Source of the DNA: Monocercomonoides exilis PA203
Lineage: Eukaryota; Protista; Preaxostyla
Assembly (NCBI GenBank): GCA_001643675.2
Contig: LSRY02000005.1
Location: 1,054,001 to 1,118,000 of the forward strand
Reading direction: 5' to 3'
DNA: 64,000 nucleotides
Part shown: one piece after another, positions 20,393-32,200 of the stretch
Layout of the letters: every line of letters starts with the position of its first letter
How positions within the stretch are numbered: the stretch's first letter is position 1
The notes under the pieces: model-generated
What the model saw: the letters and a program-made list of their open reading frames with translations, nothing else
Told to the model about the DNA's origin: nothing
Databases searched by the model: none
Translations under genes and position numbers: made by a program

Positions 20393-20648
20393 GGGTGATT
20401 ATTTTTGAAATCATATTATTTCATACAATAATTTCGGTGCAAAAATATTTTTTGAATATCAATAAAAAAAATTGAAAAGTGAAAAGGCTCATTGAATGGA
20501 TTTTAATCTTTGATTCGGAAAAACCATTTATTTTTAAAAACAATTATCATGCTTTTTCTCTTTTGAATTAAAAATTTCTTTCAAAATACTAACAATTTTT
20601 GAAAAATCATCACCCCGATAAAAGATATGATTTCAAAAATAATCATCC
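20393..20648. mobile_element. MITE related to the 18343 element; 4-bp TSD (ATAT)
   Basis: TIRs GGGTGATTATTTTTGAAATCATAT / ATATGATTTCAAAAATAATCATCC share GGnTGATnnTTTTTGAAATCATA with the 18343 element. ATAT flanks both sides. Confidence 0.75.
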
Positions 20649-21368
20649 ATATATATATATTTTATTGTTTTTAACTTTTTCAATGAAATTTTTGATCATT
20701 TTTTCTCATTTCACTGTTTTTGAATAAAACACAGTTTTCGAAATAAATATGAATTTGTGTTTATTTTTAAGCATATAAAAAATTAAAACAAGGTGTTATT
20801 TATTGTATATTTTTGTTAAATTCCGAAATGAAAAAGAATTGAACAAGAATTTGAAGCGAAATGGTTGAACATATGAAAATTTTGATCTGAAAATTGTTCG
20901 TCATATTTGGATGTTTAGTTGTTTTTTCTTTGAAATTTTTTTTCATAACAAATTTATTTTTGTTTCGTTTCAAAGAATTTCAAAACAAAAGAATATTTGA
21001 TTAGAAAATTATATTTTTTTGAAAAATGCGTGAAATGAGAAAAAATGTTAAAAAAACTAATTGAGAAAGTTTTAAACAACAAAATCATATAAAAAAAGAA
21101 ACAATAAATTATGAAATTAAAACTAAATACTTCTGATAATAAGTATTCGATGGAAAAGCAGCAAGTCAATGATCAATATGAAAAAAATTATTATAATCCT
21201 TGATCTTTTTGTCAAATATGAAAAATTGAAAAAATATTTCAAAATAATTAGATTATTATATAGCAAACAGTTCTGGTTATTTTTAATTTTTAACAGGCTT
21301 GTGTGCAGCTGCTAACAAGGGGAAAAAAAAAAGTGTCTTGATAAAGAAAAAAGGTCAAGATAAAATCA

Positions 21369-21813
21369 TAGTCCTATATAATTTCATCGGTTTTTGCACA
21401 ACTATTTGTGACTATATCCGATTATGATAATATACAATTCTGCTTTTCACTGAAAAAAATTAAAATTTATTTATTGATTAATAAAATTAGTGTCAATTTT
21501 TTCATTTTTAGAAAATTCTTCACAAAAGCACTTTTTTCACTTGTAAAAGCTATTTTCATCATTAATTTGCATCATTCAGATTTATTTATATTCTATTTGG
21601 AAAAATCAAATTGTCGAAATTTTTGATCAAAAAATCGATTTTTCATTGATAAAATCACCAATGATACTAAAAAATGAAATTAAATAATTTCATCCCTGCG
21701 ATTATATGTGATGAAAAATGAATGAAAAACAATCAAAAAATGTCGGTGCATCAAAAAATGTGACAATAAACGATATTGATTATATTTGACGTGTTTTTAT
21801 CCGGTTTAGACTG
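21369..21813 (-). mobile_element. Tc1/mariner(pogo)-type MITE; diverged inverted copy of 61919-62368
   Basis: Colinear similarity to the reverse complement of 61919-62368 (GTTTTTGCACAAC..GTGACTATATCCGATT; TATCCGGTTTAGACTG-TA). The left TIR is degenerate. Confidence 0.75.
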
Positions 21814-22025
21814 TACTGCATAATTTAACGTTTTAAATGCATTCATGAAAAATTTTTCAAAGACTGTGCAATAACTTTTATATGTTCACTAACAAAAATG
21901 CAAAAAAAAATTTCTTATTGAAAAATTTGACAGAAAAAATATTTTATCAAAAATAATCACACATATTATGGGTTATTCTTTTTGAAAAGACGCAAATGTT
22001 TAATAACTTGGTCAAATAAAAGAAT

Positions 22026-22451
22026 AGTCAAGCTCGGTTTTAATCACAATCCATTTTGCATGATTTTTTGTGATTATAACCGAACTTAATTATAACCGAA
22101 CCATCTTTTTCTTTGAAAAGTTTTTCCGAAAATTTTTTTATTGAAGATAATTAAAGAAAAATTTCAATATTTATTTAAATCCACACATTTGTGTCGATTT
22201 TTCAATATATAATGTTAAAACGTGAAATATTGTTCATTATAAAGCAGGAAAAAACAACTTTCATTTTCAGAAAAATTTCAAAATAGACAGAATAATACAC
22301 ATAAATTTTCAAAACTTTTGATTATCCACGATTTTAGTGTGCTTATAACAGATGAAATTGCACATAAAAAATGCAAAATTTATCGATACACGAAAAAATG
22401 TGATTATTCGCGGTCTTGATAACGACCGAGGTGATTATAACCCAGCTTCAC
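22026..22451. mobile_element. Degenerate pogo-like MITE
   Basis: AGTCAAGCTCGGTTTTAATCAC versus GTGATTATAACCCAGCTTCACT. An internal sub-terminal inverted copy lies at ~22070-22092. Confidence 0.5.
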
Positions 22452-23235
22452 TTCATTTTCTTTTTATTTTTTTTGGTCATTTTTAGGAATTGAATTTTCA
22501 AACTCTATCATTTTGCAAATAAGAATACACAAACCTATTTGATATGAGTATCAGTACATTGTGGAAAATTTTGATGGATTGACAACAATAAATGATCAAA
22601 TAATTGCCATTTTCATAAAACCCAGATATAAAACATTGGCGACTTTTCAAAAAAAACTATATGAACATATTTCGCCTTTCAGTGGATGGGACGTAATTTT
22701 TTGGAACAAAACACAGTTTTTTTAATTTATGAACATTTTTCGCCCTCGAAAAAAGTCGTAGGAAATAAATAGGAAAGTATTATAACATATTTTTCCTCAA
22801 ATTATTTGAGACAAACATTATGATTTTGTCATTTTATCACACACATTTTTTTTCTTTATCAGTTTTTCTTTGAATTTTTCTTATCTTATCTTTTTTTTTT
22901 CTTTTCTGTTTTCTTTTTCTTTTTTTTCTTTTCGTTTGCTTGTTTGTTTATATGATTGTTTTCATAAATTTAATATTTTTCTATCTTTGTAATTTTCTAA
23001 CAAAAATTAACCAACTTTCTTTATCTGATCTTTCTTTATCGTGAAAAACTTTCAAAAAGAAACATCTTCACTGAAAAATTGTAATACAGATTCAATTCAT
23101 TTTTTAAATGAAAAAGAGGAAGAAAAGGAATGAACTTCGAGATTTGCTTTTCTCAATAATAACAAATTGCTTTGCTTTTCAAAAGATATATAACGATTTA
23201 ATTGCTTCCCCATAAGAAGTTTTTTATTTTTACGA

Positions 23236-26200
23236 ATGAGTTTTTGCCTGCTGTGCGTTTGCTTCTGTTATTTCTTTATTTTATCGCAAATTGGAGAAAC
23301 ATACAGTTTTGAGCCAAAAATGTTTGAAATTAATTTTGCAAATTTTCTTTCTTCATTGCATCGAATTGTGATTTTTTTTATTGTGATATTTTTTCTGTTT
23401 CACCTTAAAAAGTCACACACCTGAGAACGCTGATGAATTCTATTATGTAAATGAAAATTGTGGAGAAGGCACGGACGACTGCAGTGAGAATTCTCCATGT
23501 TGCAGCTTGACAACTGTTTTCAATAAAAACGGACCATTTTTTGTCAAAATCAACGGAAAAACAACAATAACAGAATCAAAAAATTTCAATTGTGCAGTCA
23601 CTTTATCTGGAGAAAGAGATGCGAGCATTGAAGTCACCGGCTCTGCTTCATCTTTTCCTTCACTTGAGTTCCATTCTGAAACAATGATGAGTAATTTGAT
23701 TATTTTTCTTTCAAGTTTTAGTCCTGACGTAGCTGCATTTATTAAAATGGAAAATGCTTCACTGGAAATGATTGGAGTTGAAATTATTTTGCCAGAGACA
23801 TTTGGAAATTCTCTTTTAGATATTACTGGTGAGAATGCGAATTGCAAATTCGAAAATTTGTCCATAAGACCAAATGATAATTGCTCTGAATTTGGCTCGA
23901 ACACTCCTTGTTCATCTATTTTAACAAATTCGAAAGGGATTATTAATGTGAAATCTTCTTCAATAGCCACTATAACAGAATCAAACTTCGAATTTTTAAA
24001 CCTTCATTCATCGCTTTTCAACATAGAAATGACTAATCAGTTCACCATTTCTAAATCCAATTTTTCTTCTGTTATTTTGAATTTTAAAGAGGAAACTCTT
24101 GGAATTACTGGAAATTGTGGAAGTTGCATCAAATTCACGGGAGGGAAACCGACTGATCCTTTTCTTAGCGTTTCAAATAGCACTTTTCGTAATTGCACCT
24201 TGGCAGAGAATGGGTTAAAAGGAGGTGCATTATATATTGATTTAATGCGTGGAGTCCGCCTTGAGTTAAATTCTTCAACTTTCGAATCATGCAATGCAAA
24301 CTCATCTGAACAGAGCACAAAGGGTGGAGCAATATACTTGAATCTTCAACTAAGATCATTGGATTTTGTATTTAAGAATCTCACATTTGGAATAGGAGAA
24401 AATTCCTGCAGTGCGACAAATGGAATGAATATATTTTTAAAATCTTCTTTGTATAATTTGGTAGCCACCACAGAATATTTCGCTTTTGACATGTCAGAAA
24501 ACGACAACAAAACCAGATATCAGGCTTCACCCGATGATAATACAATCATCTCAATAATTGATTACCTTGCACCAGAAGGCAATGTTTTTTATTTCAATTC
24601 AAATATTACAAATAATAATACAAATTGTGGGACGCAATACAACCCTTGTGGATCAATTATGTATGCATTAAGCAACACTTTTTTGGGAATGTGCGAACGA
24701 GAACTCATACTCATGAATGAATTTGTTCTCAATGAACTCTTAATTTTGACAGATCTTCCTTTTAATGTATGTGGAAACCCCAACGATAATGCCAATTCGA
24801 AAATGAATATAAGAATTACATCGACTGAACAAGATCTAATTCAAGTGACTACGCAGTGCTCCTTTACAAGGCTTGAAATATCCTTTATATCTGATCAAAC
24901 AAGTGATATTTCTTTTATTACATCTGAGGTGAACAATTCAAATAATTACACCTTATCATTTTCTCAGTGCTTGTTTACTCAAGTTCCAGACATAGATACC
25001 ACAGGCTTAACGATAATAACACTCAAAGCCGGAAAGCTTATCTTCCATCAAGTGAATGTCCAAAATTGTTTCATAAAATCATTCTTATCTATGATATCAG
25101 GAACTTTAGCAATTTTATCTGAAAGTCCATCTTCTTTATCAAAAACAAACAACAGTAAAAACGAAGAAATCTCATTTACATTATCATTGACAAATTGTAA
25201 ATATGATAAATATCTTATAAATATCGAAAATATTATTGAAAGCGAAAGAATGGAAATTGACATATCAGACATTCAAATAAAAAATTGCATTTGCACAGGG
25301 GATGATGGGAGTCTTGTGCGTGTATTGAATGCGGATAGTTTCATTATGTTTGGAGCAGCGATTAGTGGAGCTACAGATGAGGAAAGTAATGTGTTGGTGA
25401 GCGGGCGAGGGGTGGAGATTGAGGGATGTGGAAAAGGAAGTGTAACGAACAGCAACTTTACGGGGCTTGTGGTTAAATGCACGGGATTTAGTGGCAGCAG
25501 TTATGAGGAAGCGGGAGGCGGGGGTCTGAAGGCGATTGTGAAGGCGAGGGGAACAGCGACGGCGGCGGCGACGACGATGGGGCGGTTGATGAAAAGAAAC
25601 GGAAATGGGGATACGAGTGGCGAAGGGGCGGGAGAAGAGGCGCTGCTGGCTGTAACGGGGTGCCGATTTGAAGGATGCAAAGTTATTGGAGCAGGGAAGG
25701 ATAAAGCGCTTTTAGTGGGAGGAGGGGTGTGGTGTGTGCTTGGGGAAAAAGGAGATGGTGAAGATAAAGGAGGCGAGATTGAGATTAGGGGATGCGAGTT
25801 TTGCTCGTGCTGGGCGGGGAAGAAGCAGGGTGACGCAGGAACGGAAGAAGATGCCAATAACACTGAGGGTCGAGGAGGAGGGATCTTCTTGGATGTGCAG
25901 AATACAAAGATGAGATTTTATTTGGAGGGTGTTACAAAAGGGGATGAGGGGGGAGACGCGGGAGAGGGGACTGGAGAAGGAACGGAAGAGCCGGTGGTGG
26001 CAAAGAAGGAGCTGTTTGGGGTTGGTGAAGGGGAGGAGTGCTATGCGTTGCACGGTACGAATTTGTTTGTTAGATATCCTGGGAGCGGGGATGGGGAGAG
26101 TTTGAAAGGCAACATATTTGATTTTGATTATGATACGGAAAGAGCGGAGCGGCGGAACGAGATGAAAGGAGGGTATTTTGTGGAAGATGGAGAAGGGGGG

Positions 26201-29200
26201 ATAGCAGACGAGGTGATTGAGTATCTGCTGATACACTTGGTAGATTGGAATGAAAGCGAGGGAGCGTATGTGATGATGGGGAAAAAGGATGGGGAGATTG
26301 AGGTGGGCGGGGAAGATGTTCCGGGATGTGGGAGGAAGTATCTGCCGTGTGCGGGGATTGAGTTTGCGTATGGCAATGCTAAATGGGGTGAAGGCGCTAA
26401 TGATGCGAAGATTGTTCTTTCTGGGGAAGAATATACTATTGGGGAGCCGATTGAGCTTTTGGCAGGAAATGGAGCGAATGGTGTGCGTCCAGGGAAAGTT
26501 ATTATTGATGGGGCAGCAGGAAGTGAAGAGGGGAGTGCAGAAAAAATGAAAGTGATGATTGATATTGAGAGCAAACCAGGAGTCAGCGGAAGGAATGAAG
26601 GAGAGGAAAGCTCTGCGAAGGGGGCGATTACGAGTTACGTTAATTTGGTTATACAGAATGTGAAATTTTCATTGAATAAAGCAGGGAATAAGAGCAGCTG
26701 TGTTGTGTGGAGTGAGGGGGCAGGAGTGAGCCTGAGTGTGGAACATGTAGAGTTTGATGGGACAGAAATTAGCAAAGAGACGATTGGATGGAGAGTGATC
26801 CACTATGAAGGGGGAAGTAATCTGAGCATGAGTGATGTGACGGTCAAGGCAATGAGGCTTTCGAAGAGCATGATTGAATATAAATGCGAAACTAATTTTG
26901 GAGCAGGTGGAGAAGGAGAAGTTGCGGGTTATGTCAATCTGATGGGAGTGAAGATTGATGATTGCAAAGTGAAGGTCAAGGAGGATGGGAATGGTGTGGA
27001 AAATGCGACAGGAAGTAAGGTGTATCTGGTGAAAGTGGAAGGGGGAGAAGGCATAAGTGTAAATATGGAGGGGGTTACTATTACGAAGAGTGTTTCGGAG
27101 GAAGGGTGCGGGAGTCTTGTGCGTGTGGCTAATGTGGGCAGTTTTGTGATGAAGAGAGCAGCGATTAGTGGAGCTACGGAAGGTGGTGATTCTAGTTTTG
27201 TGAGTGGGCGAGGGGTGGAGATTGAGGGATGTGGAAAAGGAAGTGTAACGAACAGCAACTTTACGGGGCTTGTGGTTAAATGCACGGGATTTAGTGGCAG
27301 CAGTTATGAGGAAGCGGGAGGCGGGGGTCTGAAGGCGATTGTGAAGGCGAGGGGAACAGCGACGGCGGCGGCGACGACGATGGGGCGGTTGATGAAAAGA
27401 AACGGAAATGGGGATACGAGTGGCGAAGGGGCGGGAGAAGAGGCGCTGCTGGCTGTAACGGGGTGCCGATTTGAAGGATGCAAAGTTATTGGAGCAGGGA
27501 AGGATAAAGCGCTTTTAGTGGGAGGAGGGGTGTGGTGTGTGCTTGGGGAAAAAGGAGATGGTGAAGATAAAGGAGGCGAGATTGAGATTAGGGGATGCGA
27601 GTTTTGCTCGTGCTGGGCGGGGAAGAAGCAGGGTGACGCAGGAACGGAAGAAGATGCCAATAACACTGAGGGTCGAGGAGGAGGGATCTTCTTGGATGTG
27701 CAGAATACAAAGATGAGATTTTATTTGGAGGGTGTTACAAAAGGGGATGAGGGGGGAGACGCGGGAGAGGGGACTGGAGAAGGAACGGAAGAGCCGGTGG
27801 TGGCAAAGAAGGAGCTGTTTGGGGTTGGTGAAGGGGGAGGAGTGCTATGCGTTGCACGGTACGAATTTGTTTGTTAGATATCCTGGGAGCGGGGATGGGG
27901 AGAGTTTGAAAGGCAACATATTTGATTTTGATTATGATACGGAAAGAGCGGAGCGGCGGAACGAGATGAAAGGAGGGTATTTTGTGGAAGATGGAGAAGG
28001 GGGATAGCAGACGAGGTGATTGAGTATCTGCTGATACACTTGGTAGATTGGAATGAAAGCGAGGGAGCGTATGTGATGATGGGGAAAAAGGATGGGGAGA
28101 TTGAGGTGGGCGGGGAAGATGTTCCGGGATGTGGGAGGAAGTATCTGCCGTGTGCGGGGATTGAGTTTGCGTATGGCAATGCTAAATGGGGTGAAGGCGC
28201 TAATGATGCGAAGATTGTTCTTTCTGGGGAAGAATATACTATTGGGGAGCCGATTGAGCTTTTGGCAGGAAATGGAGCGAATGGTGTGCGTCCAGGGAAA
28301 GTTATTATTGATGGGGCAGCAGGAAGTGAAGAGGGGAGTGCAGAAAAAATGAAAGTGATGATTGATATTGAGAGCAAACCAGGAGTCAGCGGAAGGAATG
28401 AAGGAGAGGAAAAGCTCTGCGAAGGGGGCGATTACGAGTTACGTTAATTTGGTTATACAGAATGTGAAATTTTCATTGAATAAAGCAGGGAATAAGAGCA
28501 GCTGTGTTGTGTGGAGTGAGGGGGCAGGAGTGAGCCTGAGTGTGGAACATGTAGAGTTTGATGGGACAGAAATTAGCAAAGAGACGATTGGATGGAGAGT
28601 GATCCACTATGAAGGGGGAAGTAATCTGAGCATGAGTGATGTGACGGTCAAGGCAATGAGGCTTTCGAAGAGCATGATTGAATATAAATGCGAAACTAAT
28701 TTTGGAGCAGGTGGAGAAGGAGAAGTTGCGGGTTATGTCAATCTGATGGGAGTGAAGATTGATGATTGCAAAGTGAAGGTCAAGGAGGATGGGAATGGTG
28801 TGGAAAATGCGACAGGAAGTAAGGTGTATCTGGTGAAAGTGGAAGGGGGAGAAGGCATAAGTGTAAATATGGAGGGGGTTACTATTACGAAGAGTGTTTC
28901 GGAGGAAGGGTGCGGGAGTCTTGTGCGTGTGGCTAATGTGGGCAGTTTTGTGATGAAGAGAGCAGCGATTAGTGGAGCTACGGAAGGTGGTGATTCTAGT
29001 TTTGTGAGTGGGCGAGGGGTGGAGATTGAGGGATGTGGAAAAGGAAGTGTAACGAACAGCAACTTTACGGGGCTTGTGGTTAAATGCACGGGATTTAGTG
29101 GCAGCAGTTATGAGGAAGCGGGAGGCGGGGGTCTGAAGGCGATTGTGAAGGCGAGGGGAACAGCGACGGCGGCGGCGACGACGATGGGGCGGTTGATGAA

Positions 29201-32200
29201 AAGAAACGGAAATGGGGATACGAGTGGCGAAGGGGCGGGAGAAGAGGCGCTGCTGGCTGTAACGGGGTGCCGATTTGAAGGATGCAAAGTTATTGGAGCA
29301 GGGAAGGATAAAGCGCTTTTAGTGGGAGGAGGGGTGTGGTGTGTGCTTGGGGAAAAAGGAGATGGTGAAGATAAAGGAGGCGAGATTGAGATTAGGGGAT
29401 GCGAGTTTTGCTCGTGCTGGGCGGGGAAGAAGCAGGGTGACGCAGGAACGGAAGAAGATGCCAATAACACTGAGGGTCGAGGAGGAGGGATCTTCTTGGA
29501 TGTGCAGAATACAAAGATGAGATTTTATTTGGAGGGTGTTACAAAAGGGGATGAGGGGGAGACGCGGGAGAGGGGACTGGAGAAGGAACGGAAGAGCCGG
29601 TGGTGGCAAAGAAGGAGCTGTTTGGGGTTGGTGAAGGGGAGGAGTGCTATGCGTTGCACGGTACGAATTTGTTTGTTAGATATCCTGGGAGCGGGGATGG
29701 GGAGAGTTTGAAAGGCAACATATTTGATTTTGATTATGATACGGAAAGAGCGGAGCGGCGGAACGAGATGAAAGGAGGGTATTTTGTGGAAGATGGAGAA
29801 GGGGGATAGCAGACGAGGTGATTGAGTATCTGCTGATACACTTGGTAGATTGGAATGAAAGCGAGGGAGCGTATGTGATGATGGGGAAAAAGGATGGGGA
29901 GATTGAGGTGGGCGGGGAAGATGTTCCGGGATGTGGGAGGAAGTATCTGCCGTGTGCGGGGATTGAGTTTGCGTATGGCAATGCTAAATGGGGTGAAGGC
30001 GCTAATGATGCGAAGATTGTTCTTTCTGGGGAAGAATATACTATTGGGGAGCCGATTGAGCTTTTGGCAGGAAATGGAGCGAATGGTGTGCGTCCAGGGA
30101 AAGTTATTATTGATGGGGCAGCAGGAAGTGAAGAGGGGAGTGCAGAAAAAATGAAAGTGATGATTGATATTGAGAGCAAACCAGGAGTCAGCGGAAGGAA
30201 TGAAGGAGAGGAAAGCTCTGCGAAGGGGGCGATTACGAGTTACGTTAATTTGGTTATACAGAATGTGAAATTTTCATTGAATAAAGCAGGGAATAAGAGC
30301 AGCTGTGTTGTGTGGAGTGAGGGGGCAGGAGTGAGCCTGAGTGTGGAACATGTAGAGTTTGATGGGACAGAAATTAGCAAAGAGACGATTGGATGGAGAG
30401 TGATCCACTATGAAGGGGGAAGTAATCTGAGCATGAGTGATGTGACGGTCAAGGCAATGAGGCTTTCGAAGAGCATGATTGAATATAAATGCGAAACTAA
30501 TTTTGGAGCAGGTGGAGAAGGAGAAGTTGCGGGTTATGTCAATCTGATGGGAGTGAAGATTGATGATTGCAAAGTGAAGGTCAAGGAGGATGGGAATGGT
30601 GTGGAAAATGCGACAGGAAGTAAGGTGTATCTGGTGAAAGTGGAAGGGGGAGAAGGCATAAGTGTAAATATGGAGGGGGTTACTATTACGAAGAGTGTTT
30701 CGGAGGAAGGGTGCGGGAGTCTTGTGCGTGTGGCTAATGTGGGCAGTTTTGTGATGAAGAGAGCAGCGATTAGTGGAGCTACGGAAGGTGGTGATTCTAG
30801 TTTTGTGAGTGGGCGAGGGGTGGAGATTGAGGGATGTGGAAAAGGAAGTGTAACGAACAGCAACTTTACGGGGCTTGTGGTTAAATGCACGGGATTTAGT
30901 GGCAGCAGTTATGAGGAAGCGGGAGGCGGGGGTCTGAAGGCGATTGTGAAGGCGAGGGGAACAGCGACGGCGGCGGCGACGACGATGGGGCGGTTGATGA
31001 AAAGAAACGGAAATGGGGATACGAGTGGCGAAGGGGCGGGAGAAGAGGCGCTGCTGGCTGTAACGGGGTGCCGATTTGAAGGATGCAAAGTTATTGGAGC
31101 AGGGAAGGATAAAGCGCTTTTAGTGGGAGGAGGGGTGTGGTGTGTGCTTGGGGAAAAAGGAGATGGTGAAGATAAAGGAGGCGAGATTGAGATTAGGGGA
31201 TGCGAGTTTTGCTCGTGCTGGGCGGGGAAGAAGCAGGGTGACGCAGGAACGGAAGAAGATGCCAATAACACTGAGGGTCGAGGAGGAGGGATCTTCTTGG
31301 ATGTGCAGAATACAAAGATGAGATTTTATTTGGAGGGTGTTACAAAAGGGGATGAGGGGGAGACGCGGGAGAGGGACTGGAGAAGGAACGGAAGAGCCGG
31401 TGGTGGCAAAGAAGGAGCTGTTTGGGGTTGGTGAAGGGGAGGAGTGCTATGCGTTGCACGGTACGAATTTGTTTGTTAGATATCCTGGGAGCGGGGATGG
31501 GGAGAGTTTGAAAGGCAACATATTTGATTTTGATTATGATACGGAAAGAGCGGAGCGGCGGAACGAGATGAAAGGAGGGTATTTTGTGGAAGATGGAGAA
31601 GGGGGATAGCAGACGAGGTGATTGAGTATCTGCTGATACACTTGGTAGATTGGAATGAAAGCGAGGGAGCGTATGTGATGATGGGGAAAAAGGATGGGGA
31701 GATTGAGGTGGGCGGGGAAGATGTTCCGGGATGTGGGAGGAAGTATCTGCCGTGTGCGGGGATTGAGTTTGCGTATGGCAATGCTAAATGGGGTGAAGGC
31801 GCTAATGATGCGAAGATTGTTCTTTCTGGGGAAGAATATACTATTGGGGAGCCGATTGAGCTTTTGGCAGGAAATGGAGCGAATGGTGTGCGTCCAGGGA
31901 AAGTTATTATTGATGGGGCAGCAGGAAGTGAAGAGGGGAGTGCAGAAAAAATGAAAGTGATGATTGATATTGAGAGCAAACCAGGAGTCAGCGGAAGGAA
32001 TGAAGGAGAGGAAAGCTCATGAAGGGGGCGATTACGAGTTACGTTAATTTGGTTATACAGAATGTGAAATTTTCATTGAATAAAGCAGGGAATAAGAGCA
32101 GCTGTGTTGTGTGGAGTGAGGGGGCAGGAGTGAGCCTGAGTGTGGAACATGTAGAGTTTGATGGGACAGAAATTAGCAAAGAGACGATTGGATGGAGAGT

